Of a stretch of DNA of 64,000 nucleotides, positions 37,936-47,932 are shown piece after piece. The notes under the pieces are model-generated. The model was not told the origin of the DNA, ran no database searches, and saw only the letters and a program-made list of their open reading frames with translations. The stretch lies in the IMG/VR virus record IMGVR_UViG_3300014826_000003, one strand, 5' to 3'. The stretch comes from an uncultured virus (IMG/VR IMGVR_UViG_3300014826_000003). Lineage: Duplodnaviria; Heunggongvirae; Uroviricota; Caudoviricetes. The translations under genes and the position numbers were made by a program. Each line of letters starts with the position of its first letter. Position 1 is the stretch's first letter.

Positions 37936-38350
37936 ACTGATCAAAGTAGAAGTACCTGCTTCTATAGAACAGGACTTCAATCCCAACGATAGTGTTTGGG
38001 TAGATGGTAAGTTGAGGATTCTCCGTGGTACTCGTTATGACACTTTCTTCATTCAGCATGAGACCCGAGAGATCCCGGTTGACAAGCACGAAGATGAGCA
38101 GGCTGAACCCGAGGTTCGTCAGGCTATCTTCGCATTCCCTATCCAGGTAGAGAAACCTGCTACCTACGATATGGTGATTGATGCTGCTGAGCGTACGGTC
38201 TACAATCTCCGTAACGATCGTGAAGCTAACTCGTTCACTGCTTCAATGAGTCGTAAGTTCCGCTTGGATCCTCAGGACCCCGAGGTAACCGAACATGATG
38301 CTTTCATCGAGCTAGTTAAGTCAGAGATTAAACCTTGGATGAAGCAGTAA
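37928..38350 (+). CDS. hypothetical protein coupled to the RT (possible DGR/fibre accessory)
   Basis: Overlaps the RT stop; helical C-terminus TYDMVIDAAERTVY...EHDAFIELVK. Confidence 0.6.
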   Translation: MVELIKVEVPASIEQDFNPNDSVWVDGKLRILRGTRYDTFFIQHETREIPVDKHEDEQAEPEVRQAIFAFPIQVEKPATYDMVIDAAERTVYNLRNDREANSFTASMSRKFRLDPQDPEVTEHDAFIELVKSEIKPWMKQ

Positions 38351-38353
38351 ACT

Positions 38354-38902
38354 ATGCGCCTGAATCTCACCATACCTACAGCTTTAGGTGATCTTCAGGT
38401 CTATGCTGATCCTAATAAACTGACTAAGGCCACAAAGTTGATTCAAGATACTCCCAAGATCCTGAACCAATCCTATGAGGCTGCCGGTTATAGGTTTGCT
38501 GATCGAATAGCTAGGATGGCCAAGACATGCCTATCTCGAGGAATGCCTCCACGAGGTTCTGGTGTATCTTGGCCACCTCATTCTGTTAACACGGTAAAGA
38601 GGCTTGGAGAACATACCTTACTCAATTGGTCCGGTCAGTATAGGCGGGCTATTAGAGTAGGACGAAGAGGTAAGTATATTTATGCTGGTGTTCCATCCGG
38701 TCTTAAGAAGACCAGGCCAGACCATCGGCCAAGTAGACTTACTCTTACTCAGGTAGCTAAGATTCTGGAGTATGGTACAGAAGATGGTCGTATTCCAGAA
38801 AGACCTCTTTGGAATCCTCTCTGGGAAGTAGTTGGTGGGAAGGCTAAATTCAAGGAGGAGCTAGTGCAAGAAATTAGAAAACAAATAAGAAAATACAGTT
38901 AG
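38354..38902 (+). CDS. neck/virion morphogenesis protein (HK97 gp10 / Mu gpG-like)
   Basis: AKILEYGT...IPERPLW motif. Confidence 0.65.
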   Translation: MRLNLTIPTALGDLQVYADPNKLTKATKLIQDTPKILNQSYEAAGYRFADRIARMAKTCLSRGMPPRGSGVSWPPHSVNTVKRLGEHTLLNWSGQYRRAIRVGRRGKYIYAGVPSGLKKTRPDHRPSRLTLTQVAKILEYGTEDGRIPERPLWNPLWEVVGGKAKFKEELVQEIRKQIRKYS

Positions 38903-38904
38903 CT

Positions 38905-40623
38905 ATGGCTTTTATTCTAGACAAGAGCACAGGCAAGGGTACGGCAACAGTTAAAATTACTCCTGACGGTCCCAATTCTTCTGGTAGTGCTATAACTAGC
39001 CAATTACAAATCCAGGTTAGGGGAGTTACCAAGGCTGTAGTTCAACTGAAACAAAAAGCTGCCCAAGTTTACAAGGTATTCGTTCAAACCGACGTTAACT
39101 CAGTTGGTGCTGGTGGTGGAGATATCAAGGTAACTTATTGGGTTACACTCAATGGTCAAGTTACTGAAGATGTACCTCATCTAGACGGTACTACTAATGT
39201 GGTTAACTCAGGTACTGATGCAGACGGTAAACACTGGGTAGTAGACAAGGTCCCTGCCAATTCTGGTGGTGTAACTTACACAGCCACCTTCAATGATAAA
39301 GAGGCTACTGCTTCAGTAACTCAGAGTAGTTTGGAAGTTAACCTCTCAATCAATAACCCATACGTTTCTGGAGAAGGTGGTAGTTCAATATTCTCTTACT
39401 GGGCCGTTGAGAACGGTAATATCGTAGGAGATAACCTTGAGTTGGTATTTGAGGCTGAGTCTTCTGATGATGTAACCTATACTCTTGGTACTGCTACTAA
39501 GGATTCCTTTGGTAAGGTAAGCCAGAGTATTACTCTACCAGCTAATACCATCAATGAGGTTAAAGAGCTTAAGTTCCATGCTAGGCATATCCCAACAGGC
39601 TCTGTTTCAGATACTGTTACTGTAAGCTTGATGGGTAAAGATATGACCGTACTACCAGACTTCGACTTCTTTACCTTCGGTTATGAGTGGGAAGAATCTG
39701 CTGGTAGAGACCTTGACTCAGCTACTCTGGTAGAGGGCTCAGATATACAAATTGCTGGTAAAGATCTAGGTGAGTACTTTGTAGGCTTTGGTGGTAACGG
39801 TAATTCTCAGGAGGGCGTTGAAAACTACTTACACTGGGGAGGAGATAATACCTCATCTGGTTCAGAAGGTGCTTTCATTAACTGGAAGTCAATCTGTGAC
39901 CGTGACTTGATCAGCGAGGGTATCACTAAGCTGTATGCTTACATCTACGGTAACTGGTATGGTAGTAAGGGCTCTGGTAATATGACTTTGGTGTTCCAAA
40001 CCTATAAGGGCACAGGCATGGTTCAAGATGGCTATGTATTTAAACCAGATGAGAATACTGAACTGGTATCTCAGGAAAGGAAACTCATCTACTGCAAAGC
40101 CTTCTCATCAGCTAATGCTCCAGGCTCTAAGTTAGAGAACGTAAAGAACTACTACTCATTGCTTGCTACTATCGAGTACGATGTAGCTACTTCTAATGCA
40201 GTACTTAAACCCTCTTCATCTGCTAATGCTGGAGGTCGTAGTGTAACTGCTCACGTTACCTTCAACGGTTCTGTAATAGACTTCGGTAATGCTGGCTCTG
40301 GTACTAATACCGTGAACATAGCTGCTCAGCAGTCTGGTACTCCAACATTAGCCTTCAGTAATGCTGTAGAGGTAGTTGATGATAACACTGGAGTTCACAA
40401 TAACCCAATGTACTGTACAGAAGCTACTACACCTTCTGATTGGTTACATCCAACCTTTAACAAGGACTCCTCTGGTAATATTATCAGTGTAACTTTCCAG
40501 GCCGATACCAATACTACTGGAGCTAGCCGTAGTACTTCCATCAGTTTCAAGTTCAAGCCTTCAGTAAGAAGTAATGGTACCGGTCAGAATACTCTAATAG
40601 TAACCTTCACACAAGCTGCATAA
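38905..40623 (+). CDS. Ig-like/BACON-like domain virion protein
   Basis: Repeated beta modules ending V.Q (PANS.., ADTNTTGASRSTSISF...VTFTQAA); central WEESAGRDLD...WGGDN domain. Confidence 0.6.
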   Translation: MAFILDKSTGKGTATVKITPDGPNSSGSAITSQLQIQVRGVTKAVVQLKQKAAQVYKVFVQTDVNSVGAGGGDIKVTYWVTLNGQVTEDVPHLDGTTNVVNSGTDADGKHWVVDKVPANSGGVTYTATFNDKEATASVTQSSLEVNLSINNPYVSGEGGSSIFSYWAVENGNIVGDNLELVFEAESSDDVTYTLGTATKDSFGKVSQSITLPANTINEVKELKFHARHIPTGSVSDTVTVSLMGKDMTVLPDFDFFTFGYEWEESAGRDLDSATLVEGSDIQIAGKDLGEYFVGFGGNGNSQEGVENYLHWGGDNTSSGSEGAFINWKSICDRDLISEGITKLYAYIYGNWYGSKGSGNMTLVFQTYKGTGMVQDGYVFKPDENTELVSQERKLIYCKAFSSANAPGSKLENVKNYYSLLATIEYDVATSNAVLKPSSSANAGGRSVTAHVTFNGSVIDFGNAGSGTNTVNIAAQQSGTPTLAFSNAVEVVDDNTGVHNNPMYCTEATTPSDWLHPTFNKDSSGNIISVTFQADTNTTGASRSTSISFKFKPSVRSNGTGQNTLIVTFTQAA

Positions 40624-40625
40624 CT

Positions 40626-41342
40626 ATGGTAACAGTACAGGAAATAATTGAAAGAACCTTCTACATCTCTCTATGGTGGGAAGCTTATCGTAGAGGTTTG
40701 ACCATTAACCCAGAGGATTACCTTGTTAAACAAGGCGATCTGTTAGTACCTACCGTAGAAACTGAAAGGCAGTATGAGGAAGATAAAGCTGCTATAGGTG
40801 AGAAGTTTACTTATATCTTTGGTATAGGTAATAACCAAGAACGAGGTCCTAAGATATGCCCAAGGATTACGCTAGAGCTTAAAGCTTACTATCCAGGAGG
40901 TATTGGAGTAGAGAAGCGAGATCTTGAACTAGACGAAGAGCAAGGTATATACAGAGCAGTCGAATATGACTTTGAGACTAAGGATACATTGATAGATGTA
41001 CACTTAGTATCTAAGACTCAGGATGAGATGCGTATCTTACATGATATTATGTACCGAGCTCTACCGGCTAGAGGCTATCTGAAACCATACTTCAATGACC
41101 TAGAACAGTGGAAAGCTTCAGGCTTAGGTTCTACTGGTAACTTGTATATTGAGGTAGGTAACTACTATGATCACCCAGACCTTCAGCACGGTTTGCTTGA
41201 AAAGGTCTATACGTACTCTTGTGTAGATGGCCTATTGATGGAGTATCAGCCAGATCCGGAGTTCCAGGTTGTACCTATTAAAGATATCTCGGTACTCATA
41301 CAACCTGATGGAACCGATGGTATAAACTTGAACATACCTTAA
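40626..41342 (+). CDS. tail terminator protein (putative)
   Basis: Directly before the sheath gene; CPRITLE motif. Confidence 0.5.
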   Translation: MVTVQEIIERTFYISLWWEAYRRGLTINPEDYLVKQGDLLVPTVETERQYEEDKAAIGEKFTYIFGIGNNQERGPKICPRITLELKAYYPGGIGVEKRDLELDEEQGIYRAVEYDFETKDTLIDVHLVSKTQDEMRILHDIMYRALPARGYLKPYFNDLEQWKASGLGSTGNLYIEVGNYYDHPDLQHGLLEKVYTYSCVDGLLMEYQPDPEFQVVPIKDISVLIQPDGTDGINLNIP

Positions 41343-41407
41343 TGGCAACAATACTCTAGAGGCTTTTATGATATCCGAAAGTAATTAACAAATTAAAATA
41401 CGCGACT

Positions 41408-43057
41408 ATGCCAAGTACACCTACAGTAAAATTTAACTTCATCAACAACAATGTTGAGGAAAGTTCTCCGTTACAGGGTGTCTCTATTGTACTGGCCCGT
41501 ACTACCAAAGGTCTGAAGAATGACCCCTCGACACTGATCAATGGTATAGCTCAGTTTCAGAGGTTATTCGGAAGCGAGATAGTTCCTGACGGCTCAGTAT
41601 CTAATATTGAGAAGGCTCTGGCGGGCGGTTCGAAACTTCGAATCATTCGTGTGATGGGTAGCGATGCTACCCAAGGTACTGTTGGTACTCTGTTCACTTT
41701 TGAGGCTGCTAGTAAGACTGTCAAGGTGAACCTGAGAACCCGTGGTTATGGAGATCCGATTGGTAGTGCTTCAACTTATACAGTTAAGACTACTAAGTCC
41801 GGTAACACTCTGTACTACGAAGTAATTGATGCTAACGGTACAACTCTGGATAGTGGTCCAGTCTTTACTTACCTGAGTAAGGACGAGAACAATAACACTT
41901 CCATTGATTATCTGGCCCTCAGCCAGTTTATCAGTACCAATACCTACTTTGAGACTTACCTGGAGACCGAGAATACCGAGGTAGCTTCCATTGAGAACTT
42001 CCTCACTTGGCTTGCAGAACTCGATAACACCAACGAGGCTATTACTGTAACACCTACTGATTCACTCAGCGGTACTATCGGTAATGCTGGTGGTGTACCA
42101 ACTCAGGCTGACTGGATTGCATCCCTCGAGTATATTAAGGACTACGTAGATCCTTATAACTTGATCTGCTCTCACGTAGACCAGCATCTTGGTTTAACGG
42201 CTGCTATCCAGGTACACAAAGCTGCTAAGATTTTGGTAGACTCTCTCGATGAGTTCAGATACTTCATTGAGGTACCCAAGTTCGTCTCAGGCACTACCAC
42301 GGTAAATAACCTCACTCAGATGATAGCTCTGAAGAATCAGATTGCCAATACTATTGGTCATTCTAAGTGGGTATCTTACTTCGGTTGTGGTATCATCTAC
42401 AACAACCGCTTCGGTATACCTCAGCCTTCAGATGTACTGGGTTCTATCGTCGGTCTGGCTGATGCTTCTGCTACTCAGTATGGATACGATAAATCCTTTG
42501 CTGGTGTACGTAGAGGAATCCTCCAGGATGCTCAGGGACCTGCTACTCCTAACTATGGTTCTCCGGGTCGTGTACCAGAGCTCGAACAACTGGCTCAGGC
42601 TTGTATTAACGTTATCGTTATTAAGGATACTCCTAACTTCGGTAAACGTACACTGCTCTGGCACAACTTCACTGATCAGGTAAAGAATGACTCATTCCGA
42701 TTCCTCGGAGTAACTGGTCTTTGCTTGAACATCAAGAAGTCTCTCCGTCCTATTCTGGAGTCTTACATTGAGGAGCCTAACTACTGGGGTACTTGGCATA
42801 CAATGTACCTTGCTGTTAAGCCTCTCATCGATGCTTGGGTAGATGCTGAAGCTATGACTGACCCAGTATGGGAAGGTGACCAGGATGCTAACTCTTGGGC
42901 AGATCTTAAGGTTAATACCGAGGCTGCTGCTCGTCAGGGCCACTACAAGGCTAGATTCCATTTCAAGGATATCGTAGCTATGCAGGATATTACCTTGGAT
43001 GTGATTATCGATCAGGCAAGTAAGTCTGTGAACATTACAGTAGAAGACAACTCTTAA
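41408..43057 (+). CDS. contractile tail sheath protein
   Basis: FQRLFG, LRIIRV, SFAGVRRG, INVI, YIEEPN motifs; 549 aa before the tube gene. Confidence 0.85.
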   Translation: MPSTPTVKFNFINNNVEESSPLQGVSIVLARTTKGLKNDPSTLINGIAQFQRLFGSEIVPDGSVSNIEKALAGGSKLRIIRVMGSDATQGTVGTLFTFEAASKTVKVNLRTRGYGDPIGSASTYTVKTTKSGNTLYYEVIDANGTTLDSGPVFTYLSKDENNNTSIDYLALSQFISTNTYFETYLETENTEVASIENFLTWLAELDNTNEAITVTPTDSLSGTIGNAGGVPTQADWIASLEYIKDYVDPYNLICSHVDQHLGLTAAIQVHKAAKILVDSLDEFRYFIEVPKFVSGTTTVNNLTQMIALKNQIANTIGHSKWVSYFGCGIIYNNRFGIPQPSDVLGSIVGLADASATQYGYDKSFAGVRRGILQDAQGPATPNYGSPGRVPELEQLAQACINVIVIKDTPNFGKRTLLWHNFTDQVKNDSFRFLGVTGLCLNIKKSLRPILESYIEEPNYWGTWHTMYLAVKPLIDAWVDAEAMTDPVWEGDQDANSWADLKVNTEAAARQGHYKARFHFKDIVAMQDITLDVIIDQASKSVNITVEDNS

Positions 43058-43069
43058 ACGTTAAGAAAT

Positions 43070-43534
43070 ATGGGAGCAAAAATCAAGAATCCACGAAAGA
43101 AGTTCTTGTTCAGCATCGTCTTTGCTAAGCACCCGATTAACCCTTATCTCTGTCAGAAGGTAACACTTCCTGATATATCGATTGATCAGGTATCTCATGG
43201 TGATATCAACCGTGATGTAAAGACTGCTGGTCGAGTAACTATAGGTACTATGACCGTAGAGAAACTGAAGACTACCGGAGGTTCTGATACCTGGATTTGG
43301 GACTGGCTGTTTGCTTGCCAGGATCACTTACTGGGTGGAGGTCTGGTTCCTTCAGACTACTGGGAAACTTGCTCAGTTAATGAGTTAGCTGAGGATGGTA
43401 AGACAGTACTCAACACTCATATCTATTCTGAGGTCTGGCCTATGAAGCTGGATGGACTGGATCTCGACCGAATGGCTTCGGAGAATACTATTGAGAAGAT
43501 CGAATTCTCGGTAGGCACTGCGGACCAGTACTAA
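43070..43534 (+). CDS. tail tube protein (T4 gp19-like)
   Basis: KVTLPD, KTAGRVTIG, WIWDW, EVWP.K...LD motifs. Confidence 0.85.
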   Translation: MGAKIKNPRKKFLFSIVFAKHPINPYLCQKVTLPDISIDQVSHGDINRDVKTAGRVTIGTMTVEKLKTTGGSDTWIWDWLFACQDHLLGGGLVPSDYWETCSVNELAEDGKTVLNTHIYSEVWPMKLDGLDLDRMASENTIEKIEFSVGTADQY

Positions 43535-43562
43535 GCCGAAACACTAAACAGAGTTTAGGTGA

Positions 43563-43600
43563 AGAGGGCGGGATCCTTAGCTATAGGGGTTCTGCCCTCT
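43563..43600 (+). terminator. terminator hairpin
   Basis: agagggcgggatcctta-gcta-taggggttctgccctct (with G-T pairs). Confidence 0.65.
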
Positions 43601-43643
43601 GTTGTTGTTATAGATAATTTTAAACCCTACAAACAAAACGACT

Positions 43644-44429
43644 ATGCAAGAAATGTTAAACCCATTGACTCTTCAGTTTATAGCTCCTTCTGGGTATAGC
43701 TATACTATTCGTGAAGAGAACGGTGAAGATGAGGAAATCCTCTCTAACCAAGCCGACATGAATGGCGGTATGAATGTCGCCAAGTTCTTAACAGCTATTA
43801 TCATAGCTACAGACTTTACCGAATCCGGTAAGGTAACTCTCGAGGATGTACTTAACATCCCTACTCTGGATCGTAACTGTATACTGTTCAAATCAAGGAT
43901 CTTCTCTTTAGGTCCTTGTGTATCTTTCTACTACGATTGGACTCAAGGTAGAGGAGAGCCTACCATGTACGAGCAGGACCTCACGGAACTTATCTATACA
44001 GACTATGCAACAGAACCCTCTAAGGAGGAAATGATTGCTAAACCAGGTGCCTTGCCTTTCTATCCAGAACGAGATATAGCTCGTGCAATAAAATTCAAAG
44101 ATTACGAGTTTAACTTGACTAGCGGCAAGAAGATAAAGTTCGACTTTATGAACTCCAAGTCTGAGATGGAATTCCTCAATTCAGAGAAACAAACTCGTAA
44201 TACCCAACTGCTTTGCCGTAACCTTTGTTTAGAGGTTAATGGTAAGTGGGAGAAGGTACAAAGGTTCCACCTCTTCTCTGTCAAGGATATGGCTGAGATA
44301 CATCAGATTACTCAGCAGGTGGATCCTGTATGGAATGGTTTGGCTGAGGTAGAGAATCCCATTACTCACGAGAAGGCTAAGTACCCAATAGTGATGGCAC
44401 CTCGTTTTTTCTTCTTGACGGAAGCGTAA
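43644..44429 (+). CDS. tail assembly chaperone (gpG-like)
   Basis: Between tube and tape measure; EDEEIL, LDRNCILFKSR, ends FFF. Confidence 0.7.
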   Translation: MQEMLNPLTLQFIAPSGYSYTIREENGEDEEILSNQADMNGGMNVAKFLTAIIIATDFTESGKVTLEDVLNIPTLDRNCILFKSRIFSLGPCVSFYYDWTQGRGEPTMYEQDLTELIYTDYATEPSKEEMIAKPGALPFYPERDIARAIKFKDYEFNLTSGKKIKFDFMNSKSEMEFLNSEKQTRNTQLLCRNLCLEVNGKWEKVQRFHLFSVKDMAEIHQITQQVDPVWNGLAEVENPITHEKAKYPIVMAPRFFFLTEA

Positions 44430-44626
44430 GTGAATATGGTGAAGATGAGAAGGATCCAAAAGGTTACGATAAACGTATACCTATCCCTGATCAATTTACC
44501 TACATAACTCGAGCAGAAATAGCCCTTGGTGACTATTTCTGCTTTTTGCGTCTTCCGTTGAGAGTACGACAGAGGTTCCGGGTGTTAGCTGATTCCTATT
44601 ACGAATTTATTAAAAAGAAATCATAA
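44405..44626 (+). CDS. -1 frameshift extension of the tail chaperone (gpGT-like; not in the ORF track)
   Basis: Slippery T TTT TTC at 44405-44411; the -1 frame is open for 73 codons to TAA 44624-44626, which overlaps the tape-measure ATG. Confidence 0.75.
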   Translation, partial: FFLLDGSVSEYGEDEKDPKGYDKRIPIPDQFTYITRAEIALGDYFCFLRLPLRVRQRFRVLADSYYEFIKKKS

Positions 44627-46635
44627 TGTTTGGTACAAATGGAAATACCGTAGTAGACATCGGTATAGCGATGACTCTACAAGATAGATTCACTAGGCCA
44701 GCTAATGAGATACTAACCAGTTGGCGAGGCCTGATGGGTGATATGAATACCTACTCTCAAGGTATGAAGCTCGCCTACCAGAACAGCTTAAATCAAGGCA
44801 TTGGGTTGATGAAGTCTATGGCTTCTACCTTTGCATACTCTGCAGAAGTTCAGAAGAATACCTTCTTGACCAATAAGATGATCAATGATGGTGCCGATCA
44901 CCAAGCTGAGATGTTAAGGGAAGCTCAGACTATCAACTTGAGAAACCCTCTTACGGCCTTGGACATTACTTCTGGTCAGAAGTTTATGGCTATGGCTGGT
45001 ATGTCTGCCCAACATATTAAAGAGGCCGCTGAACCTGCTGCTCAGATGGCAGCTATCTTCGATATGCCTATGGGTGGTAAGGGAGGTACTGCTGACCTGT
45101 TAACCAACATCATGGCTACCTTCCAAATAGAAGCCAATAAAGCTACTGATGCGGCTGATCAATTAGCTGTAGCTACTACCTCTGCTAATATGTCTCTACC
45201 AGACTTAGCTCAATCCATCAAGTATGTTGGTGCTAATGCTAAGATGGCAGGCATGGATGTTGGAGATATCGCTGCTGCTATTGGTGTACTTGGTAACTAT
45301 GGTATTCAGGGTTCTATGGCAGGTACCAATTTGGGCCAGGCCTTGAACGCTTTGAATAAGGCTGTAACTGGAGCTTCTCAAAATGGTGTAAATGCTCTGA
45401 AGGCTTTGGGTCTTTCACCTGATGACTTGAAAACAGCAGAAGGTAATCTTATACCAGTCCATGACATGGTGGTTAAGATTGCTAATGCTATGGAAGGTAA
45501 GGGTGGAGTAGAGAGACAAAGTATCATGTTCGGTTTGTTCGGACAGAGAGGTCTTCGAGCTATGAACCCATTGATTGAGGATGTACGAAATGGCATCAAT
45601 AAGTATGATGAGATCCGTAAGAAGATCGAAGGTTCTTCGGGTTGGTTAAGTAAAACCACAGAGGAGTACATGGAATCTCCTCAAGGTAAGATTAGGCAAT
45701 TAACATCTGCTTGGGAAAACTTACGGGTAACTGCAGGAGCTGCTCTCAGTTCTACATTCGTACCCTTGATTAGAATGATCGTACCTGTTATCAATGCCTT
45801 CAATTCATTTGCTGGTACTGGTATGGGTAAGTTCGTTATCAATGCCTTCGCTGCTGTTACAGCCTTTACTACTATCCGTACTCTTATTAGTTATGGTAGT
45901 ACAATGATGACTGCCTTAGCTACTTCTACTTCAGCTGCTGCTACTGGCAGTTCTGTTTTGGGTAATGGTATGAGAGGAGCTGCTGCTTCTTCTGGAGTTA
46001 TGTTAAATAATCTCAGGATGAGTTATATGCTCATGGCTCAGATGGCTATCATGCAGCAGGGAGGTGGTCGTATAGTACCTTTTGCTGGTTCGAAGGTTTC
46101 TGTTGGTATGTATCAAGGAGCTCCTACCTTCTTCAGAAAAGGTAAGGCTGGTAAAGGTTGGACTCAAGTAAGACCAGAAGTAGCTGACCGATATCTCAAT
46201 CGTTACTTTGCTTATGCTGGTCCTGGAGGTGGACCTGCTCCTAAACCTAATCCTGCTCCATTACTTGGACCAATGACTAAGATGTTTGGTAATACTGCAG
46301 GTAGAGCTATTACAACTGGTGTTGGTGTATTAGGTAGAGGTCTAGGTTCTATAGCTGGTTTCTTAACCGGACCTTGGGGATTAGCTATTATGGCTGGTAT
46401 GTCTTTCTTGCCAATGATAGTTAACCTACTCTCAGGGAAGAAAGAACCTTCTCAGGAAGAACTAGAGGCTAAGCAGAAAGCTGAGGATGATAAAATCTGG
46501 AAAGCTTTACGTGAAGGTAAATCAGCTACCATCAATCTCAATGTAAATGGTAGACCTGTAGGTACCTTTGGTGATGGTGATACTGCTACCATTGAGGACC
46601 CGAATCAGACTGCAATAGATTATGGTATTTATTAA
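44626..46635 (+). CDS. tail tape measure protein (TP901-type core)
   Basis: Ala/Gly/Met-rich; MAMAG, DLLTNIM, GIQGSMAGT, LTSAWE motifs. Confidence 0.85.
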   Translation: MFGTNGNTVVDIGIAMTLQDRFTRPANEILTSWRGLMGDMNTYSQGMKLAYQNSLNQGIGLMKSMASTFAYSAEVQKNTFLTNKMINDGADHQAEMLREAQTINLRNPLTALDITSGQKFMAMAGMSAQHIKEAAEPAAQMAAIFDMPMGGKGGTADLLTNIMATFQIEANKATDAADQLAVATTSANMSLPDLAQSIKYVGANAKMAGMDVGDIAAAIGVLGNYGIQGSMAGTNLGQALNALNKAVTGASQNGVNALKALGLSPDDLKTAEGNLIPVHDMVVKIANAMEGKGGVERQSIMFGLFGQRGLRAMNPLIEDVRNGINKYDEIRKKIEGSSGWLSKTTEEYMESPQGKIRQLTSAWENLRVTAGAALSSTFVPLIRMIVPVINAFNSFAGTGMGKFVINAFAAVTAFTTIRTLISYGSTMMTALATSTSAAATGSSVLGNGMRGAAASSGVMLNNLRMSYMLMAQMAIMQQGGGRIVPFAGSKVSVGMYQGAPTFFRKGKAGKGWTQVRPEVADRYLNRYFAYAGPGGGPAPKPNPAPLLGPMTKMFGNTAGRAITTGVGVLGRGLGSIAGFLTGPWGLAIMAGMSFLPMIVNLLSGKKEPSQEELEAKQKAEDDKIWKALREGKSATINLNVNGRPVGTFGDGDTATIEDPNQTAIDYGIY

Positions 46636-46649
46636 ACTATTAGAGAACT

Positions 46650-47660
46650 ATGGCAAATGTAATCTTAGGAAATTCGCTGGTAAGTGGGGCTTTGAGTACC
46701 TACAATGATTTTACTAGTAGTGAGATATTTACCAGTGAACTGAATAAACTATGGCGAGCTAAAATATTACTAGATAGAGTGACTAGGCCTGCCAAAACAG
46801 GTGCTACAAACTCCGTACCTCTTGATGCAAAGCTTAGGAAGCAAAATATACTACTTACTCCAAGACGACAGGTTTTACCTCCGGCTTCTGAAAACAAAGG
46901 GGGCAGGGAATACAAGCCTATCGACCAAGGTTTCAATGTAGGAGCTAACGAAAGATTCAAGGATCAACTGTACCACGCAGAAGAGGTTAAATTTAAGTAT
47001 GAGAAAGATGATGGTACTGAAGCAGCTTGGGATTCCGATATAGTATTACAGAAGCACCAAGCAGCTAAAGAATCTAATCAGATCATACTATACAACTTCT
47101 TGGTATCACCAGTACAGTATATCGTACTTCAGACTGTACCTCGAGAAATTGAGTATCAAGGTGAGAGTACTTGGGCAGTTATCCACTCTATGGGTAGGAA
47201 CACGCCGATGTATCATTTTACTGGTGCTGAGACTACTATCCAGATGAACGTCTCTTGGTACTGTACAGATAAAGCTCATCCTGAAGAGGTAGTGGCTAAG
47301 TGTAGGTTACTTGAGGCTTGGACTAAAGCTAATGCCTACTTGGCTTCACCTCCAGTACTTAAGATACAGTGGGGAAGATCTGACCTTTTCAAGGATCAGT
47401 ATTTTATCCTAACGGCTGCTACGTATAAGCTTTCGAACTGGAGAGCTAGTGCTAAGGTTCGCAAACGTAATACCCATCAGTTTGAGATGCCTGCCGGTTA
47501 TGTAGATCCGGCTATGTATCCATCTACTGCTACTCAGGAACTGATCCTCAAGAGAGTAAGTGCTAACAACCTGTCTCACAATGACATCATACCCCAAGCT
47601 TGGGTAGACGGTGTACATGGTATAAATTCAGGAAGTGATAACCCTAATCAGTTAGTATAA
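46650..47660 (+). CDS. tail tube initiator/baseplate protein
   Basis: After the tape measure; GRNTPMYHFTGAE and PPVLKIQWG. Confidence 0.6.
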   Translation: MANVILGNSLVSGALSTYNDFTSSEIFTSELNKLWRAKILLDRVTRPAKTGATNSVPLDAKLRKQNILLTPRRQVLPPASENKGGREYKPIDQGFNVGANERFKDQLYHAEEVKFKYEKDDGTEAAWDSDIVLQKHQAAKESNQIILYNFLVSPVQYIVLQTVPREIEYQGESTWAVIHSMGRNTPMYHFTGAETTIQMNVSWYCTDKAHPEEVVAKCRLLEAWTKANAYLASPPVLKIQWGRSDLFKDQYFILTAATYKLSNWRASAKVRKRNTHQFEMPAGYVDPAMYPSTATQELILKRVSANNLSHNDIIPQAWVDGVHGINSGSDNPNQLV

Positions 47661-47932
47661 TGGCAAACATAGATACACCTTATAGAGCTCGTGATACCTA
47701 CGAGCTCTATTATGATGATGGAGAATATTCTTTGGAGAGGTCAGATAATGTATTTCCTGATACTTCTAGTATTTCTCACGTAGTACTCGAAGGAGAAACT
47801 TTACAGAATATATCCTATAAGTACTATGGTGACTCTGGTAAGTGGGGAGATATCGCTGACTTCAATGGTATCATAGACCCGTTAAGTTTAACCCCAGGTC
47901 AAGTACTTCAAATTCCAAATACCAATGGCTAA
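47660..47932 (+). CDS. LysM / tail-X baseplate protein
   Basis: HVVLEGETLQNISYKYYGD..WGDIADFN.I.DP..L.PGQVLQIP. Confidence 0.85.
   Translation: MANIDTPYRARDTYELYYDDGEYSLERSDNVFPDTSSISHVVLEGETLQNISYKYYGDSGKWGDIADFNGIIDPLSLTPGQVLQIPNTNG

Noticed and set aside
43588..43597. ggttctgccc matching the VR/TR 3' end (possible second target)
   Set aside because: Only ~10 bp, part of a terminator stem, with no upstream homology; no second VR was seen in the window
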